In this document: one piece after another, positions 38,145 through 48,709 of the stretch
How the letters are laid out: every line of letters begins with the position of its first letter
How positions within the stretch are numbered: position 1 is the stretch's first letter
From: Candidatus Latescibacterota bacterium
Lineage (GTDB): Bacteria > Latescibacterota > UBA2968 > UBA8231
DNA: 64,000 nucleotides
Direction: 5' to 3'
NCBI GenBank assembly: GCA_965248265.1
Contig: CBDFJF010000001.1
Span: forward strand, 2,304,001 to 2,368,000
Position numbers and translations under genes: made by a program
Notes under the pieces: model-generated
Database searches by the model: none
The model's input: the letters and a program-made list of their open reading frames with translations, nothing else
Told to the model about the DNA's origin: nothing

Positions 38145-39347
38145 TTGAACCAGGATCGCATCAAACAACGCTGCCAGTCGATGGAGGTCGCTGAGATCGT
38201 CCGGGCCCTCACCGTCGAGCTGGATGACAGCAGCATCCAGTTTCGTGACGCCGCCCGGCGCGAGCTGGAGGCCCGTGGCGTCGACTTGTCCGGTTTCATC
38301 GACGCGGTCGCGGTAGCGCTCAATGACGAACCCGCTGAAGACCTTTCCATCGATGCGGCCGTTTTCCGCCTGGACACAGAGCTACAGCCCTGGGATGCGT
38401 TGCTGTTCACCAACTGTCTCGGTGATACCTTGATAGCACAGAAGGAGCTGCGTTCCTGGATCGTGCACGCCTACGAGAACGAGCGCTACGATCGTTCCTA
38501 CTTGATCACGGATACCGCTGACCTGAAACAGGTCCTGACGCCATTCATGCGGTTGACCCATTGGCAGGATCTTGCGGGCGAGTCTCACCATCTCGACGAC
38601 TGGAAGCTCCTACTCGCATCGGATGCGCGCGAGACCATCGAGATGGTGGCCGTTGATCTAGATAGCGTGGCGATTCCGTACACGGTTCAGACGCCTCTGT
38701 TTTCCGGTGACGCCGACGGCTACCTGCAGATCCTGGTTCCGAAAGAACACCTGGAGGCCGCATCGGACGTCGTCGACGAAGCGGACGACTCGCTCTATGA
38801 GCTCTACGATCGTGCCGAGGCATCGCACGCCTCCGGCGACCTCAGGCAGGAACTGGAAGTCTATGATTTGCTGATTGAGGAAGATCCTGAGAATCCTGCC
38901 GTATTCTACAACCGGGCTAACGTTCTGCTGGAGCAGGCTCGTTTTGACGACGCTGTCGAGATGCTGGCTGAAGCCGTCTCGATCGGTCTCAAATCGGTCG
39001 AGCACTCCACCGATCCCATAGGGAGACAAAGCGGCGGACTCGGTGGCATCTTCGGCGTGGTGGCCTTGCTGTTTCGCAAGATCACTCAATCGCCACGCGA
39101 CCGGGCAGAGGAGGGTGCCCTGCGCTATCCCGATTACATCGATGACGCCGAAATGCTGCTTCAGCAACTCGAGCAGAGGCTGCCCGACCACATCAAACTG
39201 CTGCATTGCCTGGCTGCCATCGCTCGCATGAAGAACAACACCGAAGGCGCCCAGGTACGCTACCGGCGTATCCTGGAACTGAACCCCGATGACCAGGTGG
39301 CCTACTTCAACCTGGGGTACCTGCACTCCGAGCGCGGAGGTGAGTGA
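38145..39347 (+). CDS. TPR-containing protein with a DUF2007-like central domain
   Basis: AVFYNRANVLLEQARFDDA and VAYFNLGYLH TPR-like motifs. Confidence 0.75.
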   Translation: MNQDRIKQRCQSMEVAEIVRALTVELDDSSIQFRDAARRELEARGVDLSGFIDAVAVALNDEPAEDLSIDAAVFRLDTELQPWDALLFTNCLGDTLIAQKELRSWIVHAYENERYDRSYLITDTADLKQVLTPFMRLTHWQDLAGESHHLDDWKLLLASDARETIEMVAVDLDSVAIPYTVQTPLFSGDADGYLQILVPKEHLEAASDVVDEADDSLYELYDRAEASHASGDLRQELEVYDLLIEEDPENPAVFYNRANVLLEQARFDDAVEMLAEAVSIGLKSVEHSTDPIGRQSGGLGGIFGVVALLFRKITQSPRDRAEEGALRYPDYIDDAEMLLQQLEQRLPDHIKLLHCLAAIARMKNNTEGAQVRYRRILELNPDDQVAYFNLGYLHSERGGE

Positions 39348-39355
39348 AGGGGATC

Positions 39356-39414
39356 GCGAACCTGCGAACCGCGAACCTGCGAACCGCGAACTCGCGAGCC
39401 GCGGCTTGCGAGCC
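39356..39414. repeat. About 4 x 15-bp tandem repeat (GCGAACCTGCGAACC) after the TPR gene stop
   Basis: Exact units at 39356 and 39371; degenerate units at 39386 and 39401. Confidence 0.85.
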
Positions 39415-39482
39415 GAACCGGACCGGCTTTATTCTTAATCGCTCTCTTACAACCTGCTTCCAACTTTCCGATCGCGCCGCTA

Positions 39483-40502
39483 ATGAACCCCTTTCTGGAT
39501 TCAACCGATGTGCAGGACGATGGCCCCGAGCTCCTCAAACGGATGGAGCGGGACGGCTACCTGTTCGTACGTGAGCTGTTACCCGGTGACGTGCTGGAGG
39601 ACTTGCGCCTGCAACTGCTCCAAATCGCCGCCCAGGGCGGCTGGGTGGATACCAACGCTCCAATCAGCGAGGCCATCGCCGATCCCGACGGATTCTGCGT
39701 CGAGCCGACGCCGGAGTACATGGAGGTATATCACCGCATGTACTCCTTGCCCCAGTTGCACGCGATCCAGCACCGGCCTGAGCTGCAGGAACTGATAGAG
39801 CGCATGTGTGGGGAAACCGTATTCCCGCACGCACGCATCATCGGTCGTACGATTTTCCCACAGCGAGAGGAATTCACGACGCCCCCGCATCAAGATTTTG
39901 TACCGATTCAGGGGTGTGCGGACACCTACAGCGCCTGGTTCCCCCTGCACGATTTGCCGGCCGAACTGGGTGGACTGGCCGTGTCGGCAGGCTCGCATAA
40001 GAAGGGCGTGCTCGAGTTTCGGCCTTCCCTCGGCGCCGGCGCCATGGAGATCACGGATCCGCTGGAGGGAACCTGGACCAACAGTCCCTTCGCGCGGGGT
40101 GATGTCTTGTTTTTCCACAGCATGTGCGTTCACAAGGGTGCGCCGAATATCGCCCAGTCGTTGCGCATGTCCGTCGATGCGCGCTACCAGCGCATGAGCG
40201 ATCCTGTGCACGACGGCAGCCTGCAGCCCCATATCCGGCCCGTCACCTGGGACACCGTCTACGACGACTGGCCCCCGGAGTACGACCACCTGCAGTACTA
40301 CTGGAAGGACTGGCAGCTGAATTTCTCGGAGTACGACTTCAGCTACCACGAGGAGCGCGATCGACTGGCATTTGAAATGGCGGCGGCCGGTGATGAACGC
40401 GCGCGCTCGACCTTGCAACGCATCGTCGCGCGCGATGAAGACCCCGCCAAGCGGTCCCGGGCTTCCGAGATGCTCGAGCGACTGGACGAGGCCGTGGCTT
40501 GA
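39483..40502 (+). CDS. PhyH-family dioxygenase
   Basis: HQD, GGLAVSAGSH and FHSMCVH motifs. Confidence 0.88.
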   Translation: MNPFLDSTDVQDDGPELLKRMERDGYLFVRELLPGDVLEDLRLQLLQIAAQGGWVDTNAPISEAIADPDGFCVEPTPEYMEVYHRMYSLPQLHAIQHRPELQELIERMCGETVFPHARIIGRTIFPQREEFTTPPHQDFVPIQGCADTYSAWFPLHDLPAELGGLAVSAGSHKKGVLEFRPSLGAGAMEITDPLEGTWTNSPFARGDVLFFHSMCVHKGAPNIAQSLRMSVDARYQRMSDPVHDGSLQPHIRPVTWDTVYDDWPPEYDHLQYYWKDWQLNFSEYDFSYHEERDRLAFEMAAAGDERARSTLQRIVARDEDPAKRSRASEMLERLDEAVA

Positions 40503-40512
40503 GGACGCCCTT

Positions 40513-41250
40513 ATGAAATTGAAGGACAAGGTGGTTCTGATCACGGGTGGCGGCTCCGGCGCCGGTGCCGGCATTGCTGAGGTCTGTGCCCGCGAAGGCG
40601 CGCACATCATCATCGTCGGCCGCAACCAAGAGAAACTCCAGGCCGTGGCGTCGTCGATCGGCGACCGCGTAGCCTGCTTTGCCGCCGATGTCACCGACCG
40701 GCGACGGGTCAAAGAGTTGGTGGACCAGGTCATCTCCAACCATGGCAGAATCGATGTCCTCGTCAACAATGCCGGCGTCAACGTCGTCGAGCGCACGCTG
40801 GAAGTGCTGTCGCCGGCCGACTGGGACTACATGATGCAGGTGAATGTCACGGGCTCGTTCAACGTCGTTCACGAAGTCTTGCCGCACATGCGCGCCTGTA
40901 CACAAGGGCTGGTGGTCAGCATATCGTCACTGGCTGGCAATCACCCCAGCACCTTGGCCGGCACCGCCTACACGGCGTCCAAGCACGCCCTTTCTGCGCT
41001 TACCAGAATGATCGACATGGAGGAATCCGGCAACGGCATCCGCGCCACCGTGATCTCGCCGGGCGAGATCAACACTCCGATTCTCGACCAGCGTCCGGTC
41101 AAGGTCAGCGATGAGCACAAGAAGAAGATTCTGCAGACAACGGACATCGGTGAAGCTGTCCTCTACGTCGCTGCGCAACCACCGAACGTGTGCATCTCCG
41201 ACATGACAATCAAACCGCTCGGCATGGGCTTGACCGCCTGGACCGACTGA
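40513..41250 (+). CDS. SDR oxidoreductase
   Basis: TGGGSGAG, NNAG and YTASK motifs. Confidence 0.9.
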   Translation: MKLKDKVVLITGGGSGAGAGIAEVCAREGAHIIIVGRNQEKLQAVASSIGDRVACFAADVTDRRRVKELVDQVISNHGRIDVLVNNAGVNVVERTLEVLSPADWDYMMQVNVTGSFNVVHEVLPHMRACTQGLVVSISSLAGNHPSTLAGTAYTASKHALSALTRMIDMEESGNGIRATVISPGEINTPILDQRPVKVSDEHKKKILQTTDIGEAVLYVAAQPPNVCISDMTIKPLGMGLTAWTD

Positions 41251-41272
41251 CGGACGGGCACGGCGGAGGAGC

Positions 41273-41803
41273 GTGATGCGACAACTTCGCGGCAGGCCCC
41301 TCACTCAATTCTTAAGAAAGAGCGCGCGTCCTGAGACTGAGCTTATTTTTTTGCTCCAGGACGTACAGGACCCCATCAACGTGGGCTCTTGCTTCCGCAT
41401 CGCCGATGCCTGTGGCGTCAGCGAAATCCTGTTGACGGGGATCAGCGCGCGCCCGCCGCACCCGCTGATCAAGAAAGTCGGCCGCGGTCGCGACCGGCGT
41501 GTGAAATGGCGCTACGTGGAGGAGACGACGTTGGCCATCGCGGAGTGCTCTGAGGCCGGTTTCACCATCTGCGCGGTCGAGATCACGGTCGAATCGGTGC
41601 CCTATTATGAACCAGAGTACCCCGACAAGCTTTGTCTCGTCGTCGGGCATGAAGACCACGGAGTCACAAATCGCACCCTGTCGGCCTGCGACATGGCCGT
41701 GTTCATCCCGATGTACGGCAAAGGCGCTTCCCTGAACGTGCATGTATCCCTCGGCATCGCCGCCTATCACATCCTGCACCAGCATCCTGGAGAGTTGACG
41801 TGA
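41273..41803 (+). CDS. TrmH/SpoU-family RNA methyltransferase
   Basis: DPINVGSCFR, VGHEDHGV and IPMYG..SLNV motifs. Confidence 0.9.
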   Translation: MMRQLRGRPLTQFLRKSARPETELIFLLQDVQDPINVGSCFRIADACGVSEILLTGISARPPHPLIKKVGRGRDRRVKWRYVEETTLAIAECSEAGFTICAVEITVESVPYYEPEYPDKLCLVVGHEDHGVTNRTLSACDMAVFIPMYGKGASLNVHVSLGIAAYHILHQHPGELT

Positions 41804-42588
41804 GTGCAAATGACCAGCGTGTCCCCATCCTCGTCTATCATCATGTCTACTCCGACGGCAGCCCTGAATTGGAAGTGTCGGGCGAGCTGGGAGCCGGCAT
41901 CTTGAGTGAGTCATCATTGCGCCAGCAGATCGAGTGTCTGCTGGCGGCCAACTGGCACAATGTGTCGACGACGCAGATCGTCGACTGGCTCGAGGGTAAG
42001 GGTGAATTGCCTGACAGATCGTTCGCACTCCACTTCGATAACGGCTGGCTGGACACCTATGAGACGGCGCTGCCTGTGACCGAGGCATGCGGTGTCCACG
42101 CTACCTGCTTTCCGATTACGGACGGGGTCGAAGCAGCCACAGCCGGACACAGCGCGGCCGTGCGCACCTTGACGGAGGGAGTAGTCGAAAAGCCGTTCAT
42201 GACCTGGGAACAGGCCGGCCAACTGATCGAGAGCGGTTGGGAAATCGGCGCTCACACGGCCTCTCATTGTAAGGTTGCTGAAGTGCAGGAGAGTGACGGT
42301 AACGATGCCGTCATCGCCGAAGCAGAAACCTCGAATCATCTGTTCGAGCAGCGGCTGGGAATGGTCCCCGATCACTTCGCCTACCCCAGCGGCTCGCGCA
42401 ACCAGCGTTCGGATGAGCTGCTGTCCCGGTTTTACCGATCGCTGCGACTGTGGCATTTCAAACAGCCGATCCAATGGACGTTCACGCAACGCGACACCTC
42501 CACCCTCGCCGTGGATTGTCAGAACATCGATGTCCGCGTGCCCTTCGAGGAGTTCGAGAACCTGCTGGTGGCAGCCACAGCTGACTGA
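41800..42588 (+). CDS. Polysaccharide deacetylase (CE4)-family protein
   Basis: PILVYHH, HFDNG, AHTASH and FAYPSG motifs. Confidence 0.85.
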   Translation: MSANDQRVPILVYHHVYSDGSPELEVSGELGAGILSESSLRQQIECLLAANWHNVSTTQIVDWLEGKGELPDRSFALHFDNGWLDTYETALPVTEACGVHATCFPITDGVEAATAGHSAAVRTLTEGVVEKPFMTWEQAGQLIESGWEIGAHTASHCKVAEVQESDGNDAVIAEAETSNHLFEQRLGMVPDHFAYPSGSRNQRSDELLSRFYRSLRLWHFKQPIQWTFTQRDTSTLAVDCQNIDVRVPFEEFENLLVAATAD

Positions 42589-42660
42589 TCTTCACGTTTC
42601 CTTTGCTCGGGTTCATGCCGCCCTGTAAGTTGAGCGCGACACCCGCAGAGGAACCTGATC

Positions 42661-45600
42661 TTGACTCACCGCGAAGACCCCAACTCCGCCGTCCTCGACG
42701 CCAATGATGGCCAGAGCGCTCTGGCGCTCTTCCATCCACTGGTAGCCTCCTGGTTCACCGACCAGGTCGGCATGCCGACAGCGGCTCAGCAACAGGCCTG
42801 GCCCCGCATCGCTGACGGCGAGCATGTCCTGATCACGGCCCCGACCGGTAGCGGCAAGACCCTCACGGCCTTCTTGTGGGCCATCGATCGCCTTGTCACC
42901 GGCGCGTGGCCCTGTGGACACACCAGCGTCCTCTACGTCTCTCCGCTGCGCGCCCTCAACAACGATATCCGGCGCAACCTGCTGACTCCGCTGGATCAAC
43001 TGCGCTCGGTTTTCGAGCGCTCGAACCAGGATTTTCCAACTATCCGCGTGCTCACCCGCAGTGGTGACACGCCGCAGTCGGACCGCCGCCGAATGCTCAG
43101 ACACCCGCCGGAAATCCTGATCACGACACCGGAAAGTCTCAACCTGCTGCTGAGCTCGCACGGGGGACGGTCCATCCTGACCGGGCTGTCGACGGTGATC
43201 CTGGATGAGATCCACGCCGTCGTCGGCAACAAGCGCGGCGTCCACCTGATCACCGGGGTCGATCGGTTGGTACCACTATGTGGCGAATTCCAGCGCATCG
43301 CCCTGTCGGCTACCGTGAGACCGTTGGAGGGTGTCGCAGCCTTCGTCGGCGGCTTGCGCATGTCCGGCCATGGAGCCGCACAGCCGACCTATCAGCCCCG
43401 GCCGGTGGCGATTCTCGAATCAGCCGCCGATAAGCACTATGACATTCAGGTGCGCTTTCCGGCGGCGGCAGCCGATCCCGATGACCGCGAGTCCGTCTGG
43501 GAACCGCTCGTCGACGAATTCAAGAGCGTCATCCGGCGCAACACCTCGACCCTCCTGTTCGCCAACAGCCGGCGCCTGTGTGAAAAGCTGACCCTGTTCA
43601 TCAACAGCGACCGGGAACAACCCATCGCCTACGCGCATCACGGATCGCTGTCGCGGGAAATCCGCGAGACGGTAGAACGCAAGCTCAAGGAGGGCGATCT
43701 AAGTGCGATAGTAGCCACCAGCTCACTGGAGCTGGGTATCGACGTCGGGGCGCTCGACGAGGTCGTCCTGGTGCAGTCGCCGACTTCTGTGTCGTCAGCC
43801 ATCCAGCGGGTCGGACGGGCCGGCCACCAGGTGGGTGAGACCAGCCGCGGCACCCTGTTTCCGACGCACTCACACGACTTTCTGGAAGCGGCCGTCCTGG
43901 CCAGCGCCATCCTGTCCCGCGACATCGAAAAGGTGCGTCCGGTCGATTCTCCCCTGGATGTCCTGGCTCAGGTGATCATATCCATGGTCGGCATCGAAAG
44001 CTGGGATATCGATGAGCTTTTCAGTGCTATTAAGTGCTCGCATCCGTATCGCGAGCTTGGACGGAAGCATTTCGATCTGGTACTCAACATGCTGGCGGGG
44101 CGCTATGCTCACAGCCGGGTGCGTGAACTCAAGCCACGGGTCTCCATCGACCGCGTCGACAACAACGTCGTCGCCCGCAAAGGGGCCTTGCAGGAGCTCT
44201 ACATGTCAGGCGGCACCATCCCGGACCGGGGCTATTTTCACCTGCGTCGTCAGGATTCCAACGCCCGCATCGGTGAGTTGGACGAGGAATTTGTCTGGGA
44301 GAGCTCGGAAGGCCAGTCCTTCACCCTGGGGACGCAGAACTGGACCATACAGCGAATCACCCACAACGATGTCTTCGTGACCCCGGCGCCACCCAAGCCG
44401 GTAGATCTGCCGTTCTGGAAGGCGGACGGCGGCAATCGTGATTTCCATTTTTCGCAACGCATCGCCGAATTCCTTGAGCAGGCCAACACACACCTGGGTG
44501 ATCCCGAACTGCTGTCTCACCTCAAACGGGATCACGCCATGGATCAGACCTCGGCGCAGCAACTCGTGGCCTTCCTCGAGCGCCAACGTCAGGTCAGCGG
44601 CTGTGACCTTCCCCACCGGCATCACCTGGTGTTGGAGCAGGTCAATTCCGGACCGGATGGCTACCCGGGAACGCAGCTCATCCTGCACACCTTTTGGGGG
44701 GGCCGCGTCAACCGACCCTTTGCCATGGCCATGGAGGCTGCCTGGGATATCCGCTTCGGACAGCGCCTGGAAGTCTATCCGTCCAATAACTGCATCGTGG
44801 TCTTGCTACCTGACGATTTCGAGTGTGATGAAATCCTTTCGCTGGTCACGGCTGCCGAGTTCGAATCACTGTTGCGCAAGACCTTGGAAAGCTCCGCGTT
44901 CTTCGGGGCCCGTTTCCGGGAGTGCGCCGGTCGTGCCTTGCTGGTGACCAAGAACCGGATGAATCAGCGCATGCCGCTGTGGGTGAGCAGGCTGCGCTCC
45001 CAGAAGTTGCTCGATACGGTAATGCGCTTCGATGACTTCCCCATCCTGCTGGAGAGCTGGCGCACCTGCCTGCAGGATGAGTTCGACCTGGCTGCGGCGA
45101 AGACCCTGTTGGCAGAACTGGAGTCGGGCGCCATCACCTGGACCGAGATTCGGACGGAGCGGCCGAGCCCCTTCGCCCAGGGCCTGGCCTGGGAGCAGGT
45201 GGACGACTTCATGTACAGATCGGATGAGCTCGCCGGTGGACGCACCTCCAGACTCAGCGATGACCTCATCCGTGAGATCGTGCAGTCACCGGACCTGAGA
45301 CCGTCTATTGCTGTTGACACCGTGCGCGCTTTTGAGCTGAAGCGACAGCGTTTGAGTCCCGGGTACGCGCCAACGACGGCTCGAGACCTGCTCGACTGGA
45401 TCGGTGAGCGCCTGATCCTGCCGCAGTCAGAGTTCGATAGTCTGAAAACGGCGATGCAGCGTGATGGTGAAACGGACGCCGGTGTCCTCATCGCTGAATG
45501 CGGCCGGAAACTTGTCTGTTTGAGCGCACCTGAATTACGCGAACCGCTCGTCGCGACACTCGACAATGTTCCCCGCCTGGTTGACGGCCTCTACCCGGAC

Positions 45601-47217
45601 TCCTCCGCCGTGGCCGTCACTGTGGTCAGCGACGGGAGTGTGGTTGGACCAGGTGAATGGCGGTTGGAGCGTGAAGGTGGGGATGAAGAAGATCCTCCTC
45701 CCGCGGCCGACGAGCTGCTGGAATGGCTTATATCTGGCTGTTTGCCGTATTACGGACCCAGGACCAGCAGCGAGATTGCCGGCATGATCGGGGTCGGTGC
45801 TGCGCGCTTGCAGCACTGTCTCGACGACCTGGCAGAGGCCGATATCGTCATACTGGGATCAGGCCTGGTTGACGGCAGTGGGGATGGCGAATGCGTCTGT
45901 GACCGCGACAACCTCGAGGCCTTGCTGCGGCTGTCACGGGCGCTGGCTGTGCCTGTTTTCGAGCCGCTGGAGCTGGAATCGTTGCCACTGTTCTTGGCTG
46001 CCTGGCAGGGCCTTACCGACGACGACGATGCTACCAGTACTGCACGCCGGATCGAACAGCTGCTGTGTTACGACTCACCGGCCGCACTGTGGGAGTCGGA
46101 GATTTTTCCGGCCCGCCTGAGCAGTTTTTCGACTGCCTCCATGGACTCACTGATGCAGGAGAGCCCACTGCGTTGGGTCGGCCATGGCGAGGGGCACGTC
46201 TCGTTCTGCTTTGAACCGGATCTCGACTTACTCCTCGACGAATCTGCGGGCGACAGCCTAACAGCGCCTGGCGAAATCACCGCGTTGTTCAGCGACCCGG
46301 ACGCCCGCTACGATTTCCGCGTCCTGCAACGATTGTCGGGTCTCAGCGGTGAGGCCTTGTCGCAGGCGCTGTGGTCGGCAGTGTGGCAGGGGCAGCTGAC
46401 TAACGATACGCTGAGTGCCCTGCACAAAGGCGTGGCGACCGGTTTCGAGGTACCCCGAGTGGTCGAGGCGAAGGTTTCGCAGGTCGAGGAACGCGTCCAT
46501 GACACGCGAGGCCGGCGCGGGCGCGGCTCCTTTGCTCGCTGGAAGGGCTCGTTGCCGTTCGCGGGCAATTGGCACTTGCTTGAACGCTCTGAAGCTGCCG
46601 ACGATCCGCTGGAGATCGAAGAACGCCACAAGGACCGCGTGCGTCTGCTGCTGGACCGCTACGGTCTGCTCTTTCGCGAGCTGCTGCAGCGGGAGCTTCC
46701 ACCCTTTCGCTGGGCCAGCCTGTTCCGCTCGTTGCGCCTCATGGAGTTATCTGGCGAGATCGTCGCCGGCTGCTTCTTCACCGATATTCCAGGGCCGCAG
46801 TTCATGTCTCACCGGGCATTTCGCCTGCTGCAGAGATCCCTGCCAGATGAGGCCGTGTTCTGGTTCAATGCCTGCGATCCGATTTCACCGTGCGGCATGC
46901 CCCTGGAGGCGTTGCGGGGCGCCTTGCCCAGAAGGGTACCCAGCAATCATCTGGTTTTCCATGGCCACCGCCCGGTCCTCATCAGCGAGCGCAATGGCAA
47001 ATCGCTGACGATTGCGGTTGCACCCGGAGACCCGAGCCTGACGCGTTACTTTTGCATCCTCCACCACCTTCTCTCACGGCCGTTTCAGTCAGTACGGCAA
47101 TTGTCGATCGAGGCCATAAACGGGGAGGCAGCCGGCCGCAGCCCCTACGTCGATGTTATCAAGACCTGCTTTGAGGCTCGCCTCGACTACACCGATCTGG
47201 TCATCTATCGGCAGTAG
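42661..47217 (+). CDS. lhr: Lhr-family large ATP-dependent helicase
   Basis: APTGSGKT, DEIH, SAT, HHGSLS, QRVGRAGH and GGTIPDRG motifs; C-terminal LLDRYG...MELSGE winged-helix region. Confidence 0.92.
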   Translation: MTHREDPNSAVLDANDGQSALALFHPLVASWFTDQVGMPTAAQQQAWPRIADGEHVLITAPTGSGKTLTAFLWAIDRLVTGAWPCGHTSVLYVSPLRALNNDIRRNLLTPLDQLRSVFERSNQDFPTIRVLTRSGDTPQSDRRRMLRHPPEILITTPESLNLLLSSHGGRSILTGLSTVILDEIHAVVGNKRGVHLITGVDRLVPLCGEFQRIALSATVRPLEGVAAFVGGLRMSGHGAAQPTYQPRPVAILESAADKHYDIQVRFPAAAADPDDRESVWEPLVDEFKSVIRRNTSTLLFANSRRLCEKLTLFINSDREQPIAYAHHGSLSREIRETVERKLKEGDLSAIVATSSLELGIDVGALDEVVLVQSPTSVSSAIQRVGRAGHQVGETSRGTLFPTHSHDFLEAAVLASAILSRDIEKVRPVDSPLDVLAQVIISMVGIESWDIDELFSAIKCSHPYRELGRKHFDLVLNMLAGRYAHSRVRELKPRVSIDRVDNNVVARKGALQELYMSGGTIPDRGYFHLRRQDSNARIGELDEEFVWESSEGQSFTLGTQNWTIQRITHNDVFVTPAPPKPVDLPFWKADGGNRDFHFSQRIAEFLEQANTHLGDPELLSHLKRDHAMDQTSAQQLVAFLERQRQVSGCDLPHRHHLVLEQVNSGPDGYPGTQLILHTFWGGRVNRPFAMAMEAAWDIRFGQRLEVYPSNNCIVVLLPDDFECDEILSLVTAAEFESLLRKTLESSAFFGARFRECAGRALLVTKNRMNQRMPLWVSRLRSQKLLDTVMRFDDFPILLESWRTCLQDEFDLAAAKTLLAELESGAITWTEIRTERPSPFAQGLAWEQVDDFMYRSDELAGGRTSRLSDDLIREIVQSPDLRPSIAVDTVRAFELKRQRLSPGYAPTTARDLLDWIGERLILPQSEFDSLKTAMQRDGETDAGVLIAECGRKLVCLSAPELREPLVATLDNVPRLVDGLYPDSSAVAVTVVSDGSVVGPGEWRLEREGGDEEDPPPAADELLEWLISGCLPYYGPRTSSEIAGMIGVGAARLQHCLDDLAEADIVILGSGLVDGSGDGECVCDRDNLEALLRLSRALAVPVFEPLELESLPLFLAAWQGLTDDDDATSTARRIEQLLCYDSPAALWESEIFPARLSSFSTASMDSLMQESPLRWVGHGEGHVSFCFEPDLDLLLDESAGDSLTAPGEITALFSDPDARYDFRVLQRLSGLSGEALSQALWSAVWQGQLTNDTLSALHKGVATGFEVPRVVEAKVSQVEERVHDTRGRRGRGSFARWKGSLPFAGNWHLLERSEAADDPLEIEERHKDRVRLLLDRYGLLFRELLQRELPPFRWASLFRSLRLMELSGEIVAGCFFTDIPGPQFMSHRAFRLLQRSLPDEAVFWFNACDPISPCGMPLEALRGALPRRVPSNHLVFHGHRPVLISERNGKSLTIAVAPGDPSLTRYFCILHHLLSRPFQSVRQLSIEAINGEAAGRSPYVDVIKTCFEARLDYTDLVIYRQ

Positions 47218-47246
47218 AGCCGGCCCCAACGAGTTCGTTTCGTCTG

Positions 47247-47275
47247 TTGGAAGTGCCTGCGATTCTTCGTATAGT
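47247..47275 (+). promoter_or_regulatory. Candidate sigma70 promoter for the CBS-domain gene
   Basis: TTGGAA-17 nt-TATAGT. Confidence 0.45.
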
Positions 47276-47359
47276 TACCGGCAATTGGATACGGCATGCC
47301 CGACGGGCACCCGGCACCGGGTAGGGGGCCCTTCTTTCACGATCGCTAAGGAGTTCGTC

Positions 47360-47830
47360 ATGGCCGCAGACTTGATGACAGCTGGAGATATTCTGGAGGT
47401 CAAGGGAGGAGACGTACTCAGCGTAGGACTGGATGCGACCGTTCACGACGCCTTACAGATGATGGTGGTGAACAAGGTCGGTTCGGCGCTTGTCAAGGAG
47501 GGCACCCGTATCATCGGCATCTACACGGAGCGCGATCTCATGCGCAACTCCATCGAGGCTGACTTCGATCCCCGCACGGCCCGTATCGGCGACCACATGT
47601 CGCGGGGGTTGAAATTCGCCCCACACACCGATACCGCCTACGACCTGATGGACAAATTCCTGGGCCTGCGATTACGGCACCTGCTGATCGACAAGGACGA
47701 CGAGTTCATCGGCCTGTTGTCGATCGGCGACGTCATCAAGGCGGCTCTGCAGGACAAGACGCGAGAGTTCGAAATTCTCGAACGCATCGCTACCTGGCAA
47801 TACCACGAGGAGTGGAAGCCGCGCCAGTAG
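47360..47830 (+). CDS. CBS-domain pair protein
   Basis: GIYTERD, RHLLI and GLLSIGD motifs; AAGGAG RBS before ATG 47360. Confidence 0.9.
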   Translation: MAADLMTAGDILEVKGGDVLSVGLDATVHDALQMMVVNKVGSALVKEGTRIIGIYTERDLMRNSIEADFDPRTARIGDHMSRGLKFAPHTDTAYDLMDKFLGLRLRHLLIDKDDEFIGLLSIGDVIKAALQDKTREFEILERIATWQYHEEWKPRQ

Positions 47831-47872
47831 AGGCCGATTCCCAGCTCCATCCCAACTCCCAGGCGCCGTTAC

Positions 47873-48709
47873 ATGCCCACAGACTCGATCATCCTCATCA
47901 GCGGGATCCTCGTCTGCGTCGGCGTCGGCGCCAAACTCGTGACGACCAACCTCCTGGCACGGCAGAACCGCGAATTGAAGGACCTCGAGAACCAGGTCGA
48001 GCGACGTCATGCTGAGTTGGAAGAATTGCAGCAACAGCGGGAGGCGGCCGAGGAGAACATTGAGTTCTACGAGCGCCGCAAGGAAGAAGCAGCCGAGGAG
48101 CGGCCACCGCTGGAAAAGGAGCTTGAGAGGTTGCTCGAGAGTGAGCGCAAACACCTGGAATCGCTCGGGTACTACGCCGACGAAGAGGGCGCCGTCCCGT
48201 TCGTCCCTCATTTGCCGGATGAAACGACAGCCGCGCCAACTCAGGGCGACCCTGCAACAGCCACAGCCATCGCCGTACTTCCAGCGGATCTCGGCAATTC
48301 TGACAAGCTCTTCTTGCCCGATGCGATCGTGAGCCATCTGTTGGATCTGGGTGAGCCGGTCCTGGAGCGGTCGATGCTGACGCAACGGCTTGGCGAGCAA
48401 GGCGAGAGCCTTGGCGCCATCGTAGAGAAAGAGGAGTACTTCAAACTCGGTGGTTTGGGCGCCCTCAAAGCAATCGCCGTCGTCAACACCCTCATGCAGG
48501 GGGCCGGAGTCGCCAGCGCTACCTGTCGCGTGGTTCAGATACCTACCGGAACCATTCTCCTCAGCACGACCTACGAACAACCGGGCACTCACGAGAACAG
48601 TTCCGATTACCACAGACTCACGCACACGGCACAGGTTCTGGCCGAGAGTATCCATGACGCCCTCCGAAAAACGGCCAATCCCGCCGACGTTGCCCCTGAA
48701 ACCGGCTGA
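47873..48709 (+). CDS. Hypothetical membrane-anchored coiled-coil protein
   Basis: N-terminal TM helix, E/R/Q-rich coiled coil and an alpha/beta C-terminal domain. Confidence 0.7.
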   Translation: MPTDSIILISGILVCVGVGAKLVTTNLLARQNRELKDLENQVERRHAELEELQQQREAAEENIEFYERRKEEAAEERPPLEKELERLLESERKHLESLGYYADEEGAVPFVPHLPDETTAAPTQGDPATATAIAVLPADLGNSDKLFLPDAIVSHLLDLGEPVLERSMLTQRLGEQGESLGAIVEKEEYFKLGGLGALKAIAVVNTLMQGAGVASATCRVVQIPTGTILLSTTYEQPGTHENSSDYHRLTHTAQVLAESIHDALRKTANPADVAPETG